Shown in pieces: positions 1-12,073 of a stretch of DNA of 64,000 nucleotides; the first letter of the stretch is position 1; the number at the start of each line of letters is the position of its first letter. The notes beneath the pieces are model-generated. The model was not told where the DNA came from. It searched no databases and worked only from the letters and a program-made list of their open reading frames with translations. Source of the stretch: Lingula anatina (taxonomy: Eukaryota > Animalia > Brachiopoda). Made by a program: the position numbers and the translations under genes. The stretch lies in contig CM120649.1 of NCBI GenBank assembly GCA_051362555.1, forward strand, positions 9,548,001 through 9,612,000, given 5' to 3'.

Positions 1-334
1 CCCATTGTCTTAGATAAGCTGTTTTGACAGCTCCACGGGAGTCTGAACAGCTTATTATCAAGGTAGCGCGCGCTGTGCCTCAGTGATTTTCTTTTGTTCT
101 ATTGCATGGATAACGTAATTTCTCGCAGTCCCTCGTGGTTGCTTTGATACAGCATTGCTGCCAACTTGCAGCGTCGAGCACATAAGCTTGCGTCAACACA
201 TGGATTTTTTTTTTCAAGTTTTCAGTATCTTTTTCTTGTAACCTCATTAAAACGGTTTCTGTCATTTGTCTATACTTGTTATTATTTCAAAGATTGTATT
301 GATCTATGTTGAGGTGATATATAACTGGTTTTAA

Positions 335-835
335 AGCAATGTATTGGCCAATTCATGTATGGTGCCATTTTCCAATGACAGTCGATATTGAGAGTAATGA
401 AATTATCAATTAACAACCCCAAATTTGAGCAGACAATAGCCGGTACAATGAACATATATATATACAGTTTCCAGTAGTGTTGATGTCAGCTTTGATAAAA
501 TAATATTAAAAGTACCTGGGCGCGTTTTTGTGTGTCACAAATGCATGTGTGGTGCCATTTTTCAACAAGAGCCGATAATGAGAGTAATGAAATTATCAAT
601 TACCATCCCCAAATTCGAGCAGACAATAGCTGGTAAAATGAACATATATATACAGTTCACAGTAGTGTTATTGTCAACTTTGATAAAAGGTTATTAAAAG
701 CACCCTGGGCACGTTTTTGTGTGTCACAAATGCATGTGTTTTGCCATATTGCAACGAGAACCGATATTGAGGGTAAAAATATTAATTGGCACCCCCATTT
801 TCGAGAAGACGTTAGCCGGTAAAATGAACATACCG
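335..835. repeat. ~190-bp tandem repeat, about 2.7 diverged copies
   Basis: GGTGCCATTT/TTGCCATATT recurs at 361, 551 and 741 with shared flanks (TGTGTCACAAATGCATGTG, GGTAAAATGAACATA). Confidence 0.85.
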
Positions 836-969
836 TTTAGCTATTAAAAAACAAGACTACTGGTACGCGTTAGATTGATAACTGATTTAATTCTCGTAAG
901 ATTACCATCCGCCCCCTTCCTTATGAATAGGTATTACTTTATTAATACAATGCAACCGACATGTAGCCA

Positions 970-1118
970 CAAGTTAGAAGACAATGTGTGATTACGCACA
1001 GCAGTATGAGGCCGCTACCCCTTCCCAGCAAGGAGTTAACTAAGCCGCAAGTTAGAAGACAATGCGTGATTACTCACAGCAGTAGGAGGCCGCTACCGCT
1101 CCCCAGCAAGGAGTCAAC
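970..1118. repeat. 78-bp tandem duplication
   Basis: CAAGTTAGAAGACAATG...GGCCGCTACC...CCCAGCAAGGAGT occurs at 970 and again at 1048. Confidence 0.85.
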
Positions 1119-2398
1119 ACAGCAGCGCGTACCCCGGGCTTAATTAGGGGTTATTAGCTGTCCACTTATGATCGGTATTGTTCGTCTTGATTGCAACACT
1201 CTTCCTACTCACTATTGGTTTGCCCGCCTCTTCTTTAAATGCTCTCTCAAACCTTTCCTCAGTCAGCCGAGAATGGAAACACGTTTATCTGCCGATAAAC
1301 TACGTTGTTGATGTATTATTCGGCATCATTCTACAGTGTGTCATAAGGCTCTATCTATGGCTCTATTTTTTTCGTCTCGCATTTTACCAGATTAAGCTGA
1401 TGCTTGAAAACTAAATTTAATGAATAATTTTCTCACGTGCACGTATCCAGCTAATTTTACGACAATAACTACCACGGCACCTCCGCCATTTGCAATTGTA
1501 GACGAACCACGTGTTTCCAACTGATAGGCCAATACAACTATAACTGACCCATTGCACGAGAAAATAATAATAATAATAATTTATTGTCATATTTATACAA
1601 GTATAAAATGAAAATCGGTATGATCTGTCGATAAAATGTGATACAGTGAAATGATTAAAATACATTTTGTTCATTAAAAATACCGTACTAGGATTAAGAA
1701 TGTGTACATTTACCCCGTGGACCATTTGAAGATTACACTGCGATTAATGCGGTGGAAAATACAATAGAGAGAGTGTATAATGATAGGGTCACTAAACGAT
1801 TGTTGACGGCATATATTTAGTAACTAGCCTAATCCCCTGGACGCCTGGGTAGCCACGCCCCCTAAGAGTACTTATGTAAACAAATGGTCTCCAGTAGCGA
1901 ACTATCCTTTTGTTGAACAGCTTCGCGCGTGCAGCTGATTATGTATGTAGTGACACTATAGCTAACTGCATATAAATTTGTGCTAGCTGTTATTTGATTC
2001 GTTCTGCTGTGTCGGATGTTGTGGATCAGCCCACTGGTTCGTTGACTTATGTTTTTCTGAAGATTGGTGGTGCAGATTTTGAGTGCTTAATTATTTACCC
2101 TCCTTCTAACAAGAGAAAGGGGAAGGGAGATAAAAAGACAGAGTGTCAAATGAAACAGGTAATGAGTAATACATTACATTAAATAAAGGGGCTCGCGGTG
2201 GAAGAAACGATAGACTGTTTTGCATCAAGGTATGCCATTATAATCCGACATGGCCCATAACATGATCCATAACATGACTCATTGTTGTATGCCTTATATT
2301 TGTGCCGACTTATATTTTACTCTCGTTCATTTCGTGAAACTATTTCCTTGAATAAAGTTTTGCCTGTATAAATTAACTTTGTGACATGAAGTAATTAA

Positions 2399-5300
2399 GT
2401 GTGTGTCCACGAGAAAACCAAACCAAATGTAGAAATTGCGGCAAGGTGGGGGTGAACGGATTTACATTATATTTGGTGTGTTTGAACCTTTATATGAACA
2501 ATATCTGAGGCTGCAATATTTCCTGAAAAAAATCCCTACTTACAGAGATATGGCCAGTGACAATTTGGGGGGGTTTATCAACCAAAAATTCTTCTGAAAA
2601 ACAGGGTTATATTGATTGGTCTTAAAGTTTATACAGGTGTCACTAAATGATTTAGTTTGGTGATTTATTATAACCTAGAGATAGGGGATTAAAATGATAT
2701 ACACTTTTACCACTCTCTTTGTTTCCAAGGTAACAAACCAAGCATTTTTCTCAGGCCTACAAACCACATGCTTTGAACACCCCCCTTCTATTTTTGACAA
2801 TATCTTCATCTTCACAGGTCTTTAGGGTAAAGCGTGTTCAGGACTAACAGATAACTCATTAGTCTATTTATAAATGAAATCAAAACTTACTGCTGTTCTA
2901 CAACTTGTCCGTTGTAACAGATAGAACATGACCTAATTTCTTCATTTTTCGTAAATATATCCGAACACATATATCGGTGCACTGAACTTCAGCTATCTCT
3001 TTCAAGTCAACAAATGGTTTAAAACACTGTTAGTTGAACTTTTTATTTTCATTTTACCTATTCTAATTTTTTTAAGGTTAAAACAAGCATCTAACACATT
3101 TTAAAATCATGTGAAACTAATGTACTAACGTCAGAACAACACAACGTCATTATCCAACATGGCGGAAATCGCAGACTGTTTGTTTACAAATCTTCCTCAA
3201 CGAAGTCGTGTATCATGTGGTTTATACTCTGTCTACAGATATAAAAAAACATGTAGTGTATTGAAAAATTGCAACAGAGATATTAACAGTCATCGTCGTC
3301 GCGTTTACGTGAAGCAAAACAGCATGAGTTACGAAAGCAAACTGATTCTTGTCAGGTGTGAATTCTTTTGTATCCGATGACCGCAACTGGACTTTTTCAA
3401 GTATCTTTGGGAGAATAAATGGGTTACACCATGTGACCAGCACTGAGATATGGGCTTGGTTTGTGCTGGAAACCATCCACACAGGGGAAAACGAGCCTAT
3501 AACGAAATATGTCATGGGATTAACTTGCAGATGTCAGTGTATACAAAAAGCCATTGGAATGTACTGGTGCCACTTGGTTCAGGTAAGAATAGGGTTTGTT
3601 TGTATTTTAATACAGGCTAAAATCCAGAAAAAAAGTTCACTCAGAAAAATGATCTAGGTGTAATTTTTTAATGGTAAACAGTCCATTTTTTTTAAAAGAA
3701 AAATGCCCCCTTTCAAATAATGAAATTGCAGCCTAAGGACCTGTGATAATTTTATCTTTTAAGCTATATTTGTGTGGGTATTTATGTAGGTTTAATGGTA
3801 CTTGGGTAAAATAAATTTAAGGGTAACAATTGGAATTAGATTGAAGCTAGGGCTGGTCTTGGCAAAATTGCTAGGCTCATCATAATTAATATTCGAAACC
3901 ATGCCTTACTTATAAAACATGGACAAATGGGATAATAATTTATTTTTCATCAGTGTATCAATTAACTTTCAGATAAGTGTTTTCATGTGTCTATAGTAAG
4001 CTATATTTATATTTCAGGCATATTTGAGAAGTGTTATTTGACACACAGTGTTCTTATGGTCAGCAAAAGAGTCCAAAGTCTTGCAGAAACTGAAACTAGT
4101 GTGGAAATGACGGCTGTTGTAGAAAGGCATGTATGTAAATGAAAGCCACAATATAACAAATGCTGAGGAGATGCATGAGGCCCTAGTTTCTGCAGTTGGA
4201 GCCATTTTCTACATCCAGCTAGACAGACATCTTCCAAACCTGCATGGACTGGAGTGTCCAATTACAACAATTTAGCTTTCTTGATTCCTACAACACGAGA
4301 AAAGGTGTCTCCCTTCCTTGAGCAGTTTTAACATGAGTGATACTGATGTTAAAGTTAATTTGGGTTTTTCTGAGGCAAAGATGCCAAATGGGACTATACC
4401 AAGCAAGATCACAAACAGGGAAATTTATTCTTGTCCAGAGAAGTCTTCTATGAAATCTTTTGCTACTAAGACTGAAGAGTATTTGTAAGGTCCTTTTTTA
4501 GACCACAGTTATAAAATGTGCCAAAAAAAAAAAAAAAACAGCTTTTGATCAAATTAAAGTCTAGTGGGCCAACAATCTGACTAAAGAAAAACACATCAGC
4601 TGTGAGAGAACTCCACCCTCTTGAATATCTCACTGAGTTACACAATGGATGAGCTTTAAAGTCATCTAAACCTTTGAAACTATATTCAAATAAAGTAAAG
4701 GAGTTTTTACTGAAGGAGTTTAGAAGGGCACAAGAAACAGGCCAGCAGAACCTAGCAATTGTGAGCATGAAGATGAGATTGAAATGTCAGTAAGGAGGGT
4801 TACAGACTATTCAGGAAGAAAAAATTGGCAGTTATTTTTGAATGTATTAAAAACTTTGATGTTATGAGCTGTAATGTTTGATATAAAACTGCAAAGATGT
4901 TTCATAACACCAGGATATATTTTGCGGTTGTGTTAGTTTTGCTTTTTGAATAGAAAATTATCTTGTTTTGCTACATTACAGTATGATATAGTTTGTAATG
5001 ATCACAACTAATGTTGCACTGCTTTGCATGTATTGCTATATTATAATTTTGTGATTTTTTTTATTATTTGTAATTATTCATCTGAGACAACAATTAACTA
5101 AATTCAATAATTTTTTAGTTACTGTATGCTCATAAATAGTCACCAAAAAGTGGTGTGGATGATAAAAAAAAAAACTCTTGATAATTAAAAAAGATTTGTT
5201 CTGGCTTTGCTATCATAAATACTATAGCATATCCTGATATATGATAAATATTGCACCAAAAAAAAAAAATCGCTACTAAACTAAGATTTTAATTTGTATT

Positions 5301-6168
5301 CACCAAATTGATGATATTAAAAATATATATATTAAAATTATCTTGTAAACTCTCAAGTTAATTGCCAGTGCCTATCCAAAGTAACAGAATCTAAGATTTA
5401 TTTCCTCTAAACTTTTTGTCCATATAAATTAAAAAGTCCATATATGGCAATTTACAAATATGAAGCCCAGTGACCTTGACCTACTGACCTGATATTCATT
5501 AGTACACATCCACTTTCCATGTTCACCAGCCCTATTAATTTAGTAACATCATTGTAGAGCAAAATGGTTTAATAAATTAATCAAACCCATTGTCTACATA
5601 GACTTGAATGAATCCACCACGATTTTTTGCCTTAAAAATGGCCAACTTTGGAGGTATTTTTCAGTACCTGTTTTAATACAGCAGTAACTTTTGAAACTTG
5701 ATTTGGAGTGATCCATATCTGCCTAAAATATTGATGCAGTTTTATAGCTGTAAACCCTGTGAAGATGGAGATATATGCAATTAAAGATGGTAGTTGGACT
5801 TTGGGGGGAGGGGTGTTATAAATGGGTGTGGCTCGCCCAAGCAGGGTCTTATCTGAATTCTACATATATCTGTGGCAAGCCAAATGATTGTTTTCAATGA
5901 TTGTAAGGTCTAATATTTTTTAGTTTTCTCCATTTTTGTTTAATTTACACAAAATATATCATTATTTTTCCAAGGTAAAAATGGAGTCTCAAAGAGGCTA
6001 CATAAGCCATGACTTATAATAGGCTATAATTCTCTGAAGAAAGGATATTTTTGGGATTCCTTCCTAACTCATGAATAACTTCCTAATATGCCTCCATACA
6101 ACAAATTTGGTTGAAATCCGCTGACCCCCACCTTGCCACCCTGGGCTGGTTCTCTCGTGGACAAGCTC
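2399..6168 (+). mobile_element. Sola3-like DNA transposon, internally deleted
   Basis: TTAA on both sides (2395-2398, 6169-6172). Inverted ends share TGTCCACGAGA.AACCA and GGCAAGGTGGGGGT..CGGATTT; the right end finishes in CTC. Degenerate inverted similarity extends about 400 bp inward (ATCTTCACAGG near 2810 vs CCTGTGAAGAT near 5756). TTAA target, GAG..CTC termini and long TIRs are Sola3 traits. Confidence 0.7.
3159..4842 (+). pseudogene. degraded Sola3-like transposase with a probable intron (3583-4017)
   Basis: Manual translation gives ESKLILVRC, LGLCWKP, NVLVPLGS|GIFEKC, YVNESHNITNAEEMHEAL, WTGVSNYNN, YSCPEKSSMKSF, G*ALKSSK...EFRRAQETG and KIGSYF, with stops and frameshifts. Motif match is from memory. 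Confidence 0.55.
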
Positions 6169-8839
6169 TTAATAAAACACGCCTGTTGAAAAGGGGGCTT
6201 TTCGTAACTAATAAAGGTTCACTATTCAGAAAAATATCATCGCCGTTCATCGCCGCTACCATCAGGAAAACGTACCCTCTGTGTGGATCACTGGCATTTT
6301 TGATTATCTGACAAATTAGGGCAATTTACGTTTTAGCTAATAATTCTGAATTTACTAATATTTTGGACTAAATTCGATGTCAGATTCATAGCAATGATGG
6401 AGAGCCGCCAGAGTAACTGTTTAATTTTCTAAACTAATCAAACTAGAACACGTGGCGATAAAATGTGTCGCTAGATCTTGTAAACACTCAGCGAAATGCA
6501 CCTAGTGACTATATTCAATGTGCCGTCACTTAATTGCTTTCTCAATTTCATTAATTGACGATAGTAATTGCAGATAACAAGGAAGAGGAAATGCTGAAGA
6601 CAAAACAACGTCGGGTCTTTGAGTGACTTTCTCCCTAAACACTTTTTATGTTGCTGTCAAAGAAAAAGGAGTCTAGATAGCGATTATTTAAACCACTGCT
6701 GCTGCTTTTGCACGTAGACTTCCTTGTTTATCATTTAAATGCTCCCCTCCCCCAGCAGACCCAACTTGATGCATGTACGTCTTGGTAGCTATAGTACAGA
6801 TCTTGGTTCAAGTAATGAAAGGTTTAAGAACGATAATTTGAGGCTATTTTTTCATTCAAGACAAAATAAATGGTGTGTGACAATAGGGACTTTACAAAGC
6901 TAAATTTGTCCTTAAATATATATTCCAGTAGCATAGGCGAGCGACGTAATTGTAACCTCAACTTGAGGTATCCTCGATGAAAGCGGAGTACAAAAATTAA
7001 CTTTTTTAAATATCGATTACAACATGCTGTACAATGATATTGAGACTAAAGGGTTTAATGGACTTCTTTGCCTTAAAAGCAATTCATTTCAAAATTAAAA
7101 GAAACAGTTTTCCGGGGAGCGCGGGTAGACAGTTTACGTCAGGTGATTCGTTAAAGTCAAGGAGTGATTCACTATCAAATGTGTAAATCATATGTCATAA
7201 AACACTATAAGAAAGTTTTTTGTTACGATCTGCAACATTTGTTCATTTATATAGCAGGGCGAAGTTAAAGCCAGAGGTAAATAGAACCTAATACCGTAAT
7301 CCTCCTCGTCCATTTATTTAAATCGTATCAAAACGTTTGATACACAATGTTCATTAAATTCATAATTTTGGTGATTTATTAAAACCATATTGGTACATAA
7401 AAGTTTAAGATTAGCATAAGTTAAGCAACAACCAGTATGAAGAACAACACCCTTTTTAAATGAGGCAAGACACCCTCTTCACACTGATTATAACCTTGAG
7501 AAAGACATTTTGCAACTTAAGGCAAAGGAGTTATGCAAAGTTCTTTCAACTCGTGTGTGAATACAACACATTCTTTGTCACTTTTACAAGACAATGGAGG
7601 CGAGCAAGTAGAGTAATTACAATATACAATAAAAAGGACATTATAGTATAGAAAGCTTACTTCGAGTCAGCCCTTTGCTTGTTCGAATGAAAGAGATAGT
7701 TATCGCGCCGGGACTCCGTTTATTAAACCTTCGTGTGTTTGTGTAAAAGTGTGAAAGACAGGCACTGTGCAATTACTATTAATGGATCAGATGCATACTT
7801 GATTGTTTTTCCTCTGGTGTCGCACGAATGCATCCTTTCTTGAGTGATCTAAAGCAAGTCACTAGTGTACCATTTTTTTTCACTGTAGGAAAATATGTTC
7901 GACATGGTGTTTCTGAATGGCAGCCAGAGACACAGTAATTGTATAGGCATGCTTTAAGCTTGTTCGAGAGATAATAACAGTCGGGTTTAACAATAGATAG
8001 CGAGCTATAGTAAGACCCCCTCCTCTTTAACTGATGATTTACACTTTTAATTGACCGTACTTTCGTATATTGTATGATCATACAGCCAGACTTCCCCCTG
8101 TTGCACGTTGTAGTTGGATTGTCATTGCGCCTATGTCAATGCACCTCATTTAATTTCAATATTATAATATAAGCATAATATAAGTAATATGTTATTTCCT
8201 TATTCCTCTTTCATTATCATTCATGTTTTAAAAATACTTGAACGCTTGAATGCAGATATTTCAAATTAAAACGTAAGTACATAAATAAATTATACATTTA
8301 TAAATTAATGCAATAGGAATTTTTTGAGACAGATTGATGCTGATGCTCATGCATTTCAACCAAACAAACAATAATTAGTTCAATTTTTGACTGCGGAAAT
8401 TTCATATAGGATGAAATAACTGATAACAAATTTAACTAGCAGTTTGTTAGCAACACTAAAAACCAGCTGCGCGTGCCAAACTAGTGAACAAAAGGACAGT
8501 TTGCTTCGCGTGGCACGCCTTAGCATGGGTTTAGCCTCTTCAAGCTATAATCCTATCGCCGCAACAAACAATAGGTACCTTCTGGCCGATGTATCGTGCT
8601 GTTAATTACACCTAGTTACAGCGGATTGTCACGCTCGCGCTGGGCCACAGAAACCGGCGTCATGGGGTTCACTCGTATTAAGTATTGTGTTATTCCACCT
8701 AAGCTATTGTGTTTGTGCGTTCGTGCGGTCGGCCCTCCATTGTTTGTCCGCCCCCTTCTATTCACAAGATAGGGATTAAAACATTTCGAACGTTGTTACA
8801 CCGGTGTACAACGGAAACAAAATTATTCCGACCACTGTA

Positions 8840-8990
8840 CATACTGCTGATGGATAAAAACTATTTTTAGTGCGCGTGGAGGTTGCTTTTAATGACTGTA
8901 GTCGGCTTGTTGACATATGCATAAGTAGGCTATTCGCTGGGTGACCAGGGTCAAGACCGATTATATTTAATGAATTAAAACACATTTGAG
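8840..8990 (-). mobile_element. 3'-end remnant of a non-LTR retrotransposon (Rex1/Babar/L2-like)
   Basis: The minus-strand peptide DPGHPANSLL...SRLQSLKATSTRTKNSFYPSAV resembles the C-terminal DPxHP...RT.R.KNSF.P motif of these LINEs. Confidence 0.5.
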
Positions 8991-9494
8991 GATCGCGATT
9001 TTCTATTGATATACTAGCAATGGTATCCCTGTATTAAATCATCCACTGCTACCTGCTACCCCCTCTATTGTAGTGTAGCATGACTCGTATCACAAGATGG
9101 CCTTAGAAATGAAGTAAGACAGGCCTACACTCTGATAGTTTTTAGTCTATTATTAACCCTAATGCCGTTTCTTGTCATTCATTCTAGATTTCTCTGAGCC
9201 ATCGCAAAGTTATTTGCCAGGACATTAAAAGGCTACTTCTTAACGGATTTTTTTATTTTCATTGAGTCCAAAAATGTTCAAGGACGTCTCTGTCGTTATC
9301 GCCGTTTCTCGGACTTCATTTATACGGCGTTGAACGGCAGTCCCAGACAAAGGATCGGAAAGTTTCTTAATAAAAGAACTTATAAATGCTGCCACTAGCC
9401 AACGTTATTGTTCCTAAGTAAAGAGAGGCGATAATGATCTGTTCTTTCTTCTAGCTTAGTCTGTCGACTAAAATGAACAAGGTTAGGCCTACAA

Positions 9495-10530
9495 TGCAAC
9501 CACCAATTATTACACCAATTAATGAGGTTCTCTGTTACACTCCCTTTCTTCATGATCGCGAAACCCATGGAGTGCTGTGTTTTAAATATATAAAAAGCGT
9601 CTCGCGAGGCGAAGCTATAATAATGAACAAAAAAAAAATACGATGAATATCTACGATAATAAACCATGAAGCACGTTGCCTAGGCCTCTTCTTTGACCGA
9701 CATCACATTTTTACATTCTTTGTTTTAATAAGAGGACGAACGTAGTCTAATTTGTCTTTTGGTGGTGATTTTGCTCGAAGTAGCAGAGTCAAGTAAATCG
9801 GTGATTTACCATTGGTAAGAGTAGCAATCATCGCTCCTGATCCTCACAGATTACTTTCTAATCCCCCGTAATTAACGCAGTCAGGAATAAGCGCTGAAAT
9901 AGGGGATTTTGTATCAGGGAAAATTTTAGTATTAATCTTATGTTATCATGTATCTGTATTATGTACTCGTGTAACTCATTTGCCCAAGGCAACCACCAAT
10001 TATGTCGACCGTTAATGAAGTTCTCTGCTACACTCTCTCCTCATGATCACTTGCTCGATCGTGAAACCCTGGAGGTGTTGGGTATATATTTAGGGTAGTT
10101 TACTATAGCATGCTACACTCTCCTCATGATCACTTGCTTGATCGTGAAATCTGGAGTGAAACCCATGGCTTATCTAACAATGGTTTAAATAAATAAAAAG
10201 GGTATCACAGAGGTGACTCATAAGAATAATGAACGAAAAAATATGATGAACATTTAATAAACCAAGAAGCACGTATGTTTTGACCGTCATCGCCTTTTTT
10301 ACATAAGATGTTTCAACAAGAGGGTAGATGTAGTCCAATTTGTCTTTTGTTGGTGATTCTGCTTCAGGTGGCTGAGTTTAGTTGATCGGTGATGTACCGT
10401 TGGTAAGAGTAGCAATCATCACTCCCGCGTCCTAACGGATTACTTTCCAACCCCCCATAATTAACGCAGCCAGGAATAGGCGCTGAAATAGGGGGTATTA
10501 TATCAGGAATTAATTTTTGTAATTATGTAT
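9495..10530. repeat. diverged ~0.5-kb direct duplication
   Basis: CAACCACCAATTAT at ~9497 and ~9990. TGGTAAGAGTAGCAATCATC...GCGCTGAAATAGGGG at ~9813-9905 and ~10401-10495. The second copy has an extra internal ~45-bp duplication. Confidence 0.8.
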
Positions 10531-11299
10531 CCGTAAAATAAGAATCGTTACATTATCACGTATTTTTCCTGATGGAAAATATCATAATTTATGCACACTG
10601 ATCGAATTATAAAGAAAATCTCCAGATGTAAACAAAGGTCAGTCAAGTATCACTCATCCCAGGCTGCAGGGCAGATATAGAGAATTGAATGAAGCGCGAG
10701 TGATCTGGCAACCCTACAATTTTGTCATAATGATTCATGGGCAAACAATAGAAGTAGGAAATTAACACCTTTTACAGTTTGAAGGACGACACCTGATGAG
10801 GCTTTTGTTTCTTCCCCTTGGTGGTTATTACAAAGCATGTTGACGTAAGTGTTATCTGCTTCCTGGTGAAGACTTTTGCGTGCTCAAATGAACAATGGAA
10901 ATGTCATTTCAAAACAAAGAGCCACATTTCCCTACTTAGGTGGCCAAAATATTGTCAATGAAACGCAAAAAGACAAAATCACCAGCTGTTACTGACTGAG
11001 TGCAAAAAGGTACGCATGCACAGCGACAAAGCGCTATTGTAAACAATGACCCGACGATGAGATCAATTAGATGTATAAAATGACTTATTGTACTATAAAA
11101 CTGTACCCCTGCCCCTTCTTGTATATCATTACACACACAAGGCCACCCTATACCAGAGTTACAGATTGATTTTTCATTACACAGTCTCTTGCACTGAAGA
11201 AAAATACTCTAATTAATTTGCGGCCTTAGTAGAGGGTCTTCTCTCGCTTTCTCTCAAATCAAAATAAACTAGCAAACATGAAAATTAGAGGCGTGCCAA

Positions 11300-11776
11300 A
11301 TGTCGAAATCAGCACAAATCAAAGCGAGCTATAATGAACAGTACTCGCGTAAAAACAATATTAAAATTTATGGTGTTAAGGAGTTAAGAGATGAAAACAC
11401 GACCAATACAGTGGCAAAACTACTCCAACAAGAAGTGGATGTCAAGGTGAACATGGATGAACTTTTAGCAGTCCACAGAATACCAGGCAAACAGGGCCAA
11501 GAGAGACCGATTCTAGTGAAGGTGAAAAATAACGACGTGAAGGCGCGTATTATGAAAAAACGATCAGCTGTGAAGAAGTCCGGAAAAGGAATCAAATTTG
11601 CAGACGATGTGACGAAATTAAATATCGAACTTCTACACAGGCTGAATGAAAATGAGTCAACTGAACAAGCCTGGTTTTTCAACGGGAACGTTTATGGAAA
11701 AGCAAAGAATAGCGAGACCAAGATTAAATTTGATATATTTGACATAATAGACGAAAAGATAAAGAAAAGAAAATAA
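11300..11776 (+). CDS. LINE ORF1 C-terminal part (L1-ORF1-like nucleic-acid-binding region)
   Basis: EQYSRKNNIKIYGVKE...VHRIPGK...RPILVK...FADDVTK...AWFFNGNVYGK is the typical LINE ORF1 pattern. The N-terminus is disrupted. Confidence 0.75.
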   Translation: MSKSAQIKASYNEQYSRKNNIKIYGVKELRDENTTNTVAKLLQQEVDVKVNMDELLAVHRIPGKQGQERPILVKVKNNDVKARIMKKRSAVKKSGKGIKFADDVTKLNIELLHRLNENESTEQAWFFNGNVYGKAKNSETKIKFDIFDIIDEKIKKRK

Positions 11777-12073
11777 ACAAGATGTCATTTATTCTGTGTA
11801 TTGAACTAACTATAAATATATGCTAATGCATCGTATTGACTGATGGACACTGGTTTTTCTAGCTGGTAATTGAGTCAGCCATGAAGAATATTGTGTGTAA
11901 GTGTAACCTCTATGTGGCGTGTAATGTTGTATGTTTAAGTGTATGGATGTGGGAGCATACTGGACTCGAGACGATAATTTATTGCAGTATAACTTGTTTC
12001 ATAAGAAATCACTATTTACACCAGATAAGGTACTACCAGTATAATAACCATTACCTATTGCTAATTATTGAAC

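Noticed and set aside
7380-7620. Crypton-like recombinase trace (DILQLKAKELCKVL..HFYK)
   Set aside because: One short loose motif with stops and no catalytic residues visible.
10593-10602. TSD for the L1/Tx1 element (ACACTG vs the sequence after the poly(A))
   Set aside because: The match is too short to distinguish from chance.
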